NCBI RefSeq assembly: GCF_009834535.1
Contig: NC_045698.1
Location: 5,334,001 to 5,398,000, forward strand
DNA from: Camelus ferus
Taxonomy: Eukaryota
Direction of reading: 5' to 3'
Length of the DNA stretch: 64,000 nucleotides
Notes under the pieces: generated by a model
The model's database searches: none
Told to the model about the DNA's origin: nothing
The model's input: only the letters and a program-made list of their open reading frames with translations
Translations under genes and position numbers: made by a program
In this document: piece by piece, positions 25,701-38,045 of the stretch
Layout of the letters: every line of letters starts with the position of its first letter
Position numbering within the stretch: position 1 is the stretch's first letter

Positions 25701-27171
25701 CTCTGTGGTTCACCAGTGCAACTCACAATATATTTTTAAAATCCTTAGGTCAAGATTCCTTTACTAAACAGGTCACGTGAATTTCATTAGCCCCATAATA
25801 TGGGTCAGGGTTGGGGGTCTTAGTTTTCCAAGGTTACTCTTTTTCCACTTATGACCCTACACGTACAGTCGGCTTCCCTGAAAATTACTCGACTATTGGG
25901 CGTAGTTTTTATGTTTCCTGTTTCCTGGCTGGACAGCGCTTAATGGCTTCTGACTGTATTCAAGAGCTCAGTTCTAATTTTCGATTAAAATATCTGTGAC
26001 CATCACCTACCTTGTAGACATTACACGTCACACCCTAAGGCCTGTATCAGCCCCTGGTCCCCCGGGCCATTTAGCATCAACGCCTCGCAGCTTCCTGCTC
26101 TGAATACCCTCTGTATGTCTGGTGTGTGCTCTTCCTTGCTATGAGTGCATCTGTTTAAAAATAATAATTTTGTTGTATTCTATGAAGCATTTTCATTGAG
26201 ATAACGGTGCTTCCCACTTTTTCTGATACACCCTCACTTGTTTTTAAATATACTGAATTATGGTTTGGTTTGGTTTGGTCTCCTTTTGGTAAACTGCCTT
26301 GTGTTTTTGGGGGGGGAGAAAGGAGAGGAATGATTAAATGAGTGAGGAAGTGAATAAATAAAGGAACAAGTGAATGAATAACTAGTAATAGAGGAATTTG
26401 TGACCTTGAAAAGACCAGTAAGAGGAAGTATCTCCCTGAAAGAGGGCCTTACATCATCCCTTTTTGGCCCATAATTTTTGAATCTGGTCTCAGATTTTGA
26501 ACAGATGTAATTAAATTATTAGTTGGCTTCTTTTTTTGGAATTTTTTTTCACTTCTGTCTGCGTTGTACTATAAATTTATCAGAAATGTAAGCAACCTTC
26601 AAAGGCCAGAAATGATCAAGCATGAATTTTTTGCATTTTATTAGTAGTCTCCCTCATATTGTCTGCCAAACTAAGTAGATTATGTTAAATCAGGCATGAC
26701 AGTTACTAAAATAAAGATGACTTTTTTCCAATAAAGTTCAGTTAAATATCATGTGTTTCATTAGCCCAAGTAAAATTAAGAATAATTATTCCTTAAGGAA
26801 AATTACTAGCAAATTACAGTCTTAAATATCTTAGAACTACTTCGTCTACTTAGATTCTTTAATATGCATTCAATTACTCATGTCAATAATCAATGCTTAT
26901 TAATTCTTTAATACTCATTTCAAAAGAGTCACTCAATTTGTTTTCATCTTCAGAAAGGAAAAAAAAATAGGAGAAAGTTTAATGGTAAAATTGTTCGTGT
27001 CCATTGAAAGCAGACTTGGATTTCTATACACAAATGATAGTGAATAACTATCGTGAAGGCAGTTTGCTTTGGTGGGCAGCCATATTGGTGGGGCCAAAGT
27101 TTGGGTACCATGAGAGTAAATGACTCCCTGCATACTTTGATGCAGTGAGTGTGAATCTTAGAGCAAAGCAA

Positions 27172-27218
27172 AAGGAAGGAAGGAAGGAAGGAAGGAAGGA
27201 AGGAAGGAAGGAAGGAAG
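27172..27218. repeat. (AAGG)n microsatellite
   Basis: About 11 perfect AAGG units. Confidence 0.95.
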
Positions 27219-27389
27219 AAAGAAAAGAGAAGCAAATAAAAAGAAGATAATTTTCACTGTCTGAGATAAATGAACCATGTAGCTTTTACTGAGATGAACA
27301 ATATTCAACTTTGGATTCAGGTCATCTGAAAGTAAGAAAAAGCCTCAAAATTAGTAGCCTGGTCATTAGCAGTTTAGCACCTTCCCCAT

Positions 27390-27770
27390 GATCAAAGACA
27401 GAGGTAGGGTGATTCTCTGTCCCTTAGATTCCTTGGGCTCCTCAGTCCCTCCAGCACACAGCTCTACTTTCTGTAGACTTTTGTCCTCACCCTCATTCTC
27501 AAAATGATAGCATCCACATTCTGAGCAACAGGATCAATGAACAGACCCAGAAGCAGAGGTTCAAAAGCATTTATACCTGCCATCTCTGAGGATGCCTTCC
27601 AGAAACTGCCTCATGACACTTTGGTTTATAACTCAAAACTGAGATCTTAGTCACATGCACAAACCTAGCTGCAAGGGAGGCTGGAATATGTAGCCTTTAG
27701 TCTGTGTGACAGGGTGCCTCTCTGAAAATTCTGATATCAGGAAAAAATGGAATTCATGAAAACCAGTACT
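27390..27770. mobile_element. Old MaLR LTR (MLT1-type) fragment
   Basis: cttagtcacatgcacaaacctagctgcaagggaggctggaatatgtagcc is a characteristic MLT1 motif. Confidence 0.65.
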
Positions 27771-27979
27771 GTCTCCAGGCATAAAAAGTGATTTTTGTTG
27801 TAGTTTCCTGGCACAGTGGTCTCGTCCCTGGTGTAGTAAGATTTGAGGAACAACAGCAATCAAAAGGGAGCTGAACATTTTTACTCAATGAAACAGGACA
27901 GTGTACTTTTATGTTGCATCTAGAGGTATATTCTGAGAATTTGCAATAGAAGTAAAAATAAATAAGAGAAATTTATACA

Positions 27980-29060
27980 TGCATTCAGCCAATCATTTGT
28001 GGAATCGCTCAAAATCTATTTATTGAGTAGTAGTATTTCTATACCAAGCATAGCTAGAGATGCTGGAAAAGCAGCAGTAACCCCCAAAAGTCCTTTCTCT
28101 CATTTAACTTACACTCTATTGGGGGCACAACAATGATGTAATAAACAAATTCATATCAGTTATTTAGTGGTGATAAGTTTTGAGAAAAATTAAAACAGTG
28201 GGGAACTGTAGAGTTGAGGAGAGGTGGTATTTCAGATGAGGGCTGTTGGAGACACATCACTGACTCAGTGATATTGAAACAGAAATCTGAGTAAATTGAA
28301 ATGGGAATGATGTGGATATCTGGCAGAAGAACATTCTAGATGATGGGAGCCACAGGTGTGTTCAAGGACCAGGAAGGAGTGGTGGTGGGAGCAGAGTGAG
28401 TTCAGGGAGGGCAGTGGAGATGGGGGCATAGGAACCTGCAGGAGGTGGGGCGTGTTGGCCCTCACAGCTACTGGAGGAACTTTGGACTTGATGCTGAGCG
28501 TGATGGGGAGCCCTGGACTACTCCCGGCTGAGGACATGATCTAGTGGTGCTTCAAAGTATTGCTCTTGCTGCTCCAGAAGAGGGTGGGAGGAAATAGGAA
28601 GACCGTGTAAGATGATGGTTTGCACTAGAGTGGCAGTGGAGGTGTAAAACGTGGTCAAATTCTGGGATACATTATTAAGAACTGTAAGAAAAGTCTTGCT
28701 ACTGGATGGGAAATGAAGAATGAGAAAGAGAAGTTCTGTGGGGTTTTTTTTGTTAATTTTGGCTTTTGATTTTGGCCTGAGCAACTGGAAAAATTGGGCA
28801 GTCATTTACAGAGGGGGAGAATCCTGGGGAAGGAACAGGTTGGAGAGGGGCATGAAATGAGGGGCACAGCTCCAGGCATCAGACGTGTGTGTGCGTATTA
28901 GACATCCAGGCCATGGGGCTTCGCAGAGGCAAGAAGCACATGTGTGACCCCGTGGTTCATGGGGGAGTGAGGGGTGGGGCCGTAATTCAGAAAAATCATC
29001 ACACAGCTAGGATACCTGTGGGAGGAGATGAGCTCACCTAAGGAGTGAGTGTAGAAAGAG
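27980..29060 (-). mobile_element. LINE-2 fragment (~1.1 kb)
   Basis: Starts attcagccaatcatt...tatttattgag. Internal motifs gaagaacattctaga, tttggacttgatgctgag and ttttggcctgagcaactgga. Confidence 0.75.
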
Positions 29061-30159
29061 AAGACTGTGGACCTCCTGAAAATTCAAGTCTTCTGTCCTT
29101 ATGCTGCTATGAAATGGAAGCTCTTTGCTCTGCCGGATGGAACCCTTTTTCCCTTTCCCACATCACAGGACCTTCAAGTGGCCAGAACATCACAAAGCTG
29201 CTAAGTCTGAGTGTCAGGGAAAGGCTGCTGTAATCTGTCCTGGTGATGGATATTTAAATGCCTTTTCACCTTTTGATTCTTTTTTTCTTTTGCCAAATTC
29301 TCCTTCATTTTGAAGTTCTATCACTTGTCACTTAAAAGGGGGGTGGGTATTATTTCTTGCTGACTATAAGGAAGAGTTTTCATCCCTCAGTTCTCATTGT
29401 CCTTGTTAAACACTGTGTAACAGATGTGAACAGAGCATTGATCTGTGTCATTCCTGGGGGAGGAAGCTGAGGATACAGAGGGAGGTGGCACATGAAAGTC
29501 ATCACATTAAATAGAACTCCAGAGAAAAACACCATTATTTACCCAGAGAAATGGTTTATAATTAATATAACTTTTAGACTTTTGGAGAGAGGATGCATAT
29601 CTCTGCTGGATTTTTCTGTCAGCAAATGTGCTTCGTCGTCTCCATTGGGACCACTTGTAAGCAACAAACTGGCTGGAAAAAGAGAGAGGAGAAAGCACCT
29701 TGTCTCAAATCAGCCTTTGCCATATAATGTAACAATACACTTGATTAAAGTGCCAAAGTCAGAAATTACCAGTAAAAAGTGTAATTTTTCTTGCCTCCTG
29801 ACAAGGGAGAGTCAAGTTTGTTTTTCAGAGTATATAAATCAAATTATGCCTATATGTTAAAAAAAAAAAACAGCTTTGCAACCAGAATGTTAATTAAAAT
29901 TGATTGTATTACACAAACAACTTGGTGTGCTTAATGAGCCTGAACGTGCTTTTGACAGAACGGGAAGGGTAAATGGTTATAATTAAGAGCTTTAGACCAA
30001 CCATTACTTCGCCTCGTGGTAGTTCTTGTTCCCTGGGGTGAAAGTTACATCCAACAGACGTGAGTGTCAACGTGTCATGGACTGGAGCACTGGATAGCCC
30101 CTGGTGGCACCCAGCAGGGAGAGTGAGCCACTCTGGGTCTGGATCTCAAGTTATGACAT

Positions 30160-30975
30160 CATATTCTACATATGAGATCATACTATCTACTTGAAGAGAC
30201 CAATTTACTTCTTCCTGTCCCATTTAATGCCTTTTATTTCATTTTCCCTGGCTGGAACCTGCAGTGTAACATTCAATAGAAGTTGCCACAGCACACGAGT
30301 ATTCTTGTTCATGCTCTTAGGAGGAAAGCATCCAGTCTGTCATCATTAAGTGTGATGTTACCTGTCGGTTTTTCATAGATGCCCTTTATCAGGATAAAGG
30401 AAATCCCTTTTAATCATCTGCTGAAGGTTTTTATAATGAAAGGGGGTTGGACTTTTTCCTATTGAGCTTTTGAGATGACCATGTGGGGTTTTTTCCCCTT
30501 ATCGTATTAATACATTGTATCACATAAATTGATTTTCAGATATTAAACCAACCTTGCATTTCTCAGATAAATCCCACTTGGTCATAGTATATAATCCTTT
30601 TTATATGGACTAGATTTGGTTTGCTAATATTTCATCAAAGGTGTTTGTATCTATATTTGTAAGACACATTGGTGTCCAGTTTTGTTTTCTTATGATGTTC
30701 TTGTCTGATATTGGTATCAGGGTGATACTGGACTCATGGAATCAGTTGGTAACTGTTCCATCCCATTTATTTTCTGGAGCAGTTTTGAAAAAGTGGCATT
30801 AATTCTTCTTTAAGTGTTATGTAGAATTCACCACTGAAGCCATCTGAGAATGTGCTTTTTCTTTGTGAATAGTTTTAATTTTTGCTTTGTTTTTTAATTC
30901 CTAATTCAATCTCTTTACTTTTATAGGTCTGTTTGGGTTTTCTGTTTCTTATTGAGTCACATCTGATAGTTGTGG
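30160..30975 (-). mobile_element. L1 ORF2 fragment, antisense
   Basis: ttaaaccaaccttgcatt...aatcccacttggtcat...ggtatcagggtgatactgg...tagaattcaccactgaagccatctg. Confidence 0.85.
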
Positions 30976-31704
30976 CATAACATACTTTTAAGATAATGCG
31001 CATTCCTGCTTTAAAGGGCACATGTCATCCATTCCACCAAAACAAAAAACAATGGTATTAGTATCACTGTTTTCCTTTACCAATTCCTTGTCCCCCTTTA
31101 ATGGATTCTGACATTTGAGAAAAAGCAAAGTAGGGAACATGAGATGCATCCAGAAAAAAGATCACCAGGTGCTCTTCACTGTATCCAGTGGAGCATTATA
31201 AAATGTGGGAGTCAAATTTTAACACCCTTATTTTTCTCTCGGACTCTCATATAGCTGTTTGATCCAACTCTAGAATGTCCAGAGACTATATCCACCATCT
31301 TCATGGTGGAATGATTATTCCTAAAAACAAAAATTAAAATGCATTCCAGAAAACAAGAGCCTGTGAAACTCACTGTATTACAAGGATCTTTTTTTTAAAC
31401 TCAGCTTCACAAAAGAAGTCACGTGACTTGAAAGGAGATTGACCCATGCTAATTCTCATTACATCTCTTGAGATTTGTGTAGTTAAAGGCCAGTATAATC
31501 CATAATCACCCATTCATAAGGAAATTCAGATACGGCATAACCTATGGAATATGTAGGTATTTTCTCAATACTTCTAATGAAAACTGAATGGTTTGCTCTT
31601 TATCAAAGGAAAAAGGAAGAAAGTTGGAAAAGTATCTGATTCTAATTATTCCTAGAATTCCATCTAACCACTCATGGTATCATACTACATAGAAAAAATG
31701 TGAG

Positions 31705-32165
31705 TTGATGGATTAGAGTCCTATAAAGAAAGCAGAAATGTCCTCAGGCATTTCAACAAGCAAATTTGATAAAGGAAAGTGTTTATCGAATGAGAGGAAA
31801 GCTGAGAAACAGAACAGGGGATGGGAAAGCAACCAAGAGGAACAGGAGAACTTGCTACCACCCTAAGTTTGAAATGACACAGGGTGGATGTGGTGTCACC
31901 GGAAACTCAGGCTCCTGCACCTTCCTGCAGACACGGGACCATGAGCAGGCAGAACGCGTGCCAGACATGGACCTGGAACCTCAGGGACAGCAGGAGTGGC
32001 AGCCCATTCAGAAAACGACTGCTGAATAGAGAGCAAGGAAAAGTGCCCAGGCTTCTTCCTTCCCGCCCTTCCAGTCTTCCTCCGCTACGTCTCTTGGGGA
32101 ACCAGTTGGCAACCTTCTTAGAACCAGTTGGCAAAGAGTCTGGAAAACGGAGTTTGTAGGAGATG
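31705..32165. mobile_element. Possible old ERVL-type LTR
   Basis: General resemblance to LTR33/LTR41-like sequence. Contains a local direct repeat GAACCAGTTGGCAA. Confidence 0.35.
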
Positions 32166-32204
32166 GGATGGAAATGTGTTTGAAAACAAACAGGAAATTA
32201 CCAG

Positions 32205-34635
32205 CACGCTTAGTGACAGATTTTCCCAAACTTGTGGAAAGACATCAGCCTCCAAAGGCAAGAACCTCTGTGAACAACAGCAAGAAGAATAAATGTCAGT
32301 AACACATGTGGTGTTATTATATTCAAACTGCTGAAGCCAAAGGGGAAAAGAAGAAAAAATTAACCTTAAATGCAGCCAGAGGGAAAAGACCTTGCATAAA
32401 AGTGAGGACTGACTTCTCATCAGAACCACTGATATAAATATGGTTCATCCTGAATGACATATTCAGTAAAAAGATTCATCTTTTTACGAGGTGAAAGGTA
32501 TTTTGTAAATGAAAGAAAGCTAGAGGAATTCATCACCAGCAAACCTCTAGTTTTGCCGAGAAAAGAGATGCTAATGGAAGTTCTTCAAGTTGAACTGAAA
32601 TTATACCAGAAGCAAATTATACCAGAATCCTCACAAGAGAATGAAGAGCAGGATATGCTTAATATGTGAGAGTGTGCACTTACATGGTATTAATTTTTCT
32701 GAAGGACAGCAGATTATTTAACACAAAAATAATAACTACAGTAAGAATTCTGATGGGGAGGAGAGTGGGGTTAAATTGTTGTCAGGATCTTTTGTATTTT
32801 TAAAGTGGTGCAATGTTAATGCTAAGTGACTTCTGATAAATTAATAATGTTTATTTTATTTCTTGAACAATCACTAAAAAGCACAAAGAGGTATAGCTTA
32901 AAAAATCAATGGAAGAAATAAAAAATACTATGGAAATATTAGATTAATGGAAAATGGCAGTAAAGGAGGAAGACAGAACCAAAAAGGCATGAGACAAACA
33001 GAAAACAAATGGAAAATGGTTTAAAACCAGACATATTATTATATGTATAAGGATTAAACACTTCAAATAAAAGCATGACAAAGCCACGTACTGTCTACAA
33101 CAGATGTGCTTTCAATACAGAAGGAAGTTAGGTTGGAGTTAAGAGGATGGAAAATAGATTATATAAACAGTAAGCATAAGGAAGCTATGGTACATATATT
33201 AATATCAGACAAAGTAGATATGAAAGCATGAAGTATTAACAGAGATAGAGTGACATTGAAAAATAATGAAAGGTTCAATTCATCAGAAAATGCAAAATTT
33301 TTAAATGAAACATACTTAAAACACAGCTATAAAATACTTGAAAGGAAAAATCTTGAAAAAACAAAGAAAGAATTAGACTAATCAATAATCAGATTAGATC
33401 TTTTATATCCCTTACTATATATAAGGATATTGAAAATCTGAGCAAGATTATCAGCTTCCTGTGAATTGGCATTCATAGAACACTAAATCCAATAGTAAAA
33501 TACATGTTATGTTAAACTGCACATGGACTATTGACCAAGATATAATATATATTATATATAGACATGATATAATACATTAATATATAAAATCATCTCAAGG
33601 GCGAGAGTAAGGTCATAGGTAGTGTGCTCAATCCCCAGAACCTCCATTAAAAAAAAAGAATAAATAAATAAATAAATCTAGTTACCCCCCCAAAAAGTTA
33701 TTTTTAAAAAGTATTAAATATAAATAAATAAAAGTATCTCCACAAATTTGAAAAGATTGAAATAAATATGAAAAGATGAAAGTCTTACAGTCTGATACCA
33801 AACTACACTGACGTCAAATTAGAAATTGAAAACAATAGAATATCTAAAAATAACTCCCAACTATCTCAATGTTAAACTGTGTATGTCTGAATAACCTACA
33901 AGTCAAATTTAAAAAATCGCAAGACAAATTGAAAAATGTTTTGTGTCTCACAATACAATGTGTGGAATATAACTAAAACAGTAGTTTAGAGAGGAATTTA
34001 TAGCTTTAAAATGCTTGTATTTGAAAAGGAGAATGGATTAAAAATCAGTTCTTTATGTTTCTAACTTAGGAAACCAGAAAAAAGATAAGCAAATCCAGTA
34101 AGTAGAGGGGGATTAATATTAAAGAAGAAAGAAGAAGTCAATAAAATAGAAAGCAACCAATACTGAAAAATACAAAGCTAAAAAGTTGGTTCTTTGAAAA
34201 AGTTGAAAAATGCCTAAACCAGTAGCAAGACTGATCAAGAAAGAAAAAACAGTAATAATCACTAACCACCCAAACTAATAATACAAGGAATAAACGGGGA
34301 TTTACTACCGAACCTACAGATTTTAGCAAGATAAATATGGAATGTTATAAATTACTCAGGGCCAAAAAGATTTACAATTTAGATAAAATGGGAAAATTCA
34401 TTGAAAAAAGCAACTTACCAAAACTGACACACAGTGGAATAGAAAATGTAAATGGGTATTTACCTATCTTAGAAATTAAATAATAATTTTAATTTTAAAT
34501 AATTTTAAATGTATAAATTTAAATAATTTAAATTTAAATATAAATTTAAAATTAAATAATAAATTAAAAAAAATTTTTTTTACTCAAGTGATTTCTGTGT
34601 GAATTTTACCAGACATTTTAAGAAAATAAGATGGA
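32205..34635 (+). mobile_element. Old L1 fragment spanning the ORF1 3' part to the ORF2 endonuclease and linker, decayed
   Basis: gacttctcatcagaa, gaattcatcaccagcaaacct, taatatcagacaaagtaga, aaaagttggttctttgaaaa, gaattttaccagacattt. Many stop codons. Confidence 0.85.
33598..33730 (+). mobile_element. Degenerate tRNA-derived SINE nested in L1
   Basis: tcaatccccagaacctccattaaaa...taaataaatctagttacccccc matches the 3' half of the SINE at 11633. Flanks aaaatcatctc and aaaagtatctc are a possible TSD. Confidence 0.65.
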
Positions 34636-34744
34636 AAGAACTGGTCAAATATGAACAGATTTTATAATTGTGAATGGATAAAAATGCCCTGTTCTTGGAA
34701 AGAGGCTCACAGATTGAGGCTGCAAACCAAACGCCACTTCTGTA

Positions 34745-36320
34745 CCACTTTTACAAGATCTAGCTAAACATAAAAGACAGAGAAAGGTTGGAAATAAAGG
34801 ATGAAAAATAGTTATTTCAGGGAACAGAAAAAAAAGGAAACCACAGTAAAACAGATTTCTCACAATACAGAGTTCAAATGAAAGGCACTTAGCATGAATA
34901 AAAAGACATATTACAGTACAGTCACCAAGAAAAGTTAACAATCACAAATCTTTATGCACTTCAGCATCTCTTTGAAATAAATAGACACTGTTAAAATGTT
35001 CAGATGTATTGACAGACCCACAGTCTTAGTTGGAAATGTTAATACATTCAATAAAACTGACAGACCAAATTGAACCAATAAATCAGCCCACTGAGGATCT
35101 GACTAACTCATCAGGCTCTGACAATAGATGTATTTAAAGAACATGCTTTGTTTCCAGCAAAAAGAAAATATATATCATTTTCAGAAATCCATGAGACATA
35201 ATAGAAATAGAACATATTTAATCACACCCCAGAAGAAAAATAAATTGTGAAAGTACAAATAATGGAGACCACCATCTCTGATCAAACCTAATGAAATGAG
35301 AAATGACAAGGACAGACCAAAAATAATCTCCTTGTGAAATTACTCTCGTGTTAAAAGGAAATGGAAGTTGAAATTACAGGCTTTTTAGAAAAGAATGGCA
35401 ATGAGTAGCTATAAATCAAAAGCTGCAGGAATAGGCTAAAGCAGTAATTATGGGAATATTTATGGCCTTAAATGCATTTATTAGAAAACACAAAAGATTG
35501 ACAATAAATGACAATCAGAAAAAGAACAATTAAAGTTTAAATAAAGAGGGAGGAAGAGATTTTTAAAAGTTAAATCAGAAACCAATAATATAGAAAACAA
35601 TCAGAAAGCATAGACCTTAATAAGCCAAAAGCTCATTCTTTGAGAAGATCAACAAAACATGCCAAGCTTCAAAAGTCCAAAGCAGAGAAAATGGGAAAAA
35701 TAACATTGAGGGTAAGAAGGAATTGCTTCAAATATGGAGACTTTTAAAGTAACAAGGGAATATTATGTAGAATATTTCACATTCAAAAATCTAAACAAAA
35801 TGAATAATTTTATGGGAAAATAGAGTCAGTAAAACATGACAGAAATGTGACGTATCTACTCCTAAAAATACTAAAAATAGGACCTGGGTTAGGAACACAG
35901 TTGTGTGGACTTAAATCCTAACCGCACCACTTGATAGGGGTCTAACTTTGGGCAAGTTTCTCAACTTCTCTGGGCTTCAGTTTCTCTTTGGGAAAATGAA
36001 TAAGAATCAGTGCTGTCCAGGATTACATAATCATATAAAGTCTTCACAACAGTGTTCGACACAGTAAATATTCTATCATCAGATTATCATATTGTCACCA
36101 TCATCACCATCACCCTCGTTATCACCGGCTGGTTTTATAGCTGAGATTTACCAAATCTTCAATAAGAGATCATTCGTTAAACAGTTTCAGACCTAAGAAA
36201 AAGATGCCATGTTTCTGAAGTCAGCCTTATGCAGCTGGAATTACCTTGACACCAGCAAGGAACCAGGAGAGCACAGAGTCAAAGAAAACACATCAGAACT
36301 CTCTTATAAAGATGCGGGAG
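34745..36320 (+). mobile_element. Second old L1 ORF2 fragment, interrupted by a MIR
   Basis: gacagagaaaggttggaaataaaggatg; tttatggccttaaatgcatttattagaaaa; resumes at ~36128 with ggttttatagctgagatttaccaaatcttca. Confidence 0.65.
35880..36080 (+). mobile_element. MIR SINE
   Basis: actttgggcaagtttctcaacttctctgggcttcagtttctc MIR core. Confidence 0.75.
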
Positions 36321-37960
36321 AAAGATGGCAAACGAAATGAGTCACTCAGATGAGTCACTGAGACTCTCCTCGGTCACCAGAGTAACCCAAGCCCACCACA
36401 CCTCTGAGCTGTAGCCTGTCCTACACTCCCCTCCCGCCACATTGCCTGGCAAGCGGGAGGCTCTGAGAGTATGTGTTGGAGAAATGGTTAGACTGGGGCT
36501 TCTGACCGGGGACTGAGGACCAGAGGGATATCTGAAAGAAAGGAGGGTATTCAGGATAGGGGAGGCGAGGAGGCATACGGTCCTCACCTCTGCGAGACTG
36601 TAAGCAGCTCAAAACAGGGATAACGTCTTACTGGTCTTCCTGCCATTACAGCCTAGCATGGGCCTGGCACAGGAGACCAGTCCACAATCCAGGCGTCTTT
36701 GGTATATAAACACCCTCCAAGCAGAGAGGTGTCTCATAAAATGTGAACAAATATCATTATCAGGCCTGGTATTTGAAAGCGTCGTCTGTCGTGTCTGGAG
36801 ATCACTCAGTACCCACTAAGTACATCATTGGGTCAGGCTCAAGTATACAGCGGTTTGAAGTCAAGGTTTTGTAGATCTTGCCCGACGTGTAATCATCCCT
36901 CAAGATAGGGTAGGTGCCTGAGTGTGAGCCGAGTGGACCGTTCCCCTCCTGATGGGATTAGGAGGTTTACTCAGTTCGCTGAGGTTACCTCGTTTCCCTC
37001 CCCGCGGGACTCGCAGCTGTGCACCCGCTGGTTATTTCAGCTTGTTGCTGGTGGCATCTGAGTCGTCCATTCGCTGTATCGACGAGTCATCTCAGTGCCA
37101 GTCCTTCTGTCTCTTGTATCGCTAGCCAGCCCCACTGGACCAGGTTCCACTGTGGTCTCAGATACCACACGATCTCTTTGGATGTTTCATTTGAATTTCA
37201 TCTCTGTTTATTCATTGTGGTTCACCATTTTTAATACCCCTGAACACATCTTCCTTTGGATTAAATGACAGTTTAAGAGGCCTTGAATTTTTTAACTAGT
37301 TAAATGGCCTCTCAGAAATGCATACAGTTCTTACAATTCTTACAAACACTTTTATCTACCTGTAACCTGCCAGGGGCAGAGTCTGTAACTTAGGGGGCAC
37401 GTTTTCCACATGATCATCCACATGGATATTCATTGGTTGGTGCAGGTATGTAAAGGTCATGGCCGGGAAATCTTTGGGGAGCCTCAGTAAACATTTAGCT
37501 GCATCAGTCTTGAAGGAAGTTGAATCTGGTTGGATTGTCCTGGGGAGAGCGAAGGCTCTGTCTCTAAGTGAGCAGGAGTGAAAACGGCATGAGGGCTTCG
37601 AGGGCATCGGTGTCAGGGACGAGGGCACCACGGTGGACATAGTCAAATGCGGTCATGAGAGTGCTGGTTGCTGGTTGCCGAGACAAGCCATAAGAAGATA
37701 GTTTTTATTTCATGAAGAACTAATGTTTGCAGGACAGTTTTAATGAGTTGTAACAAGTGGGCCAGACACAACTGTAGACCCATTTTTCTATGCACGTACC
37801 TTGGGTTTGTTTTTAACTCCGTTTTCGTTTCTCAACAAAATGAGTGAGGATCGAAGTCCTCATTTAGTAAAGTCCTAATTAAGCCAAAAATATGAATGAT
37901 GGCTTTCCAGAAGAATGGGAAGTATCCCCACACTAACCTCTTCTTTTTGTTTCCTGGTAG

Positions 37961-38045
37961 AACGTCCATTCTTGGGATCTCCTTCGGAGCTGCGTTCCTC
38001 TCGCTTGCCTTTATCCTTTTCGTCTGCTTTGCGGGACAGCTTTTG
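37961..38045 (+). CDS. ADCY2: ADCY2 coding exon (~exon 15, 85 nt), TM helix
   Basis: Consensus branch point CACTAAC (37931-37937), pyrimidine tract, acceptor ggtag|A and donor TTG|gtaggt. Encodes TSILGISFGAAFLSLAFILFVCFAGQLL. Confidence 0.96.

Noticed and set aside
32205..36320. Active or full-length L1
   Set aside because: Fragmented, rich in stop codons, and interrupted by a SINE and a MIR.
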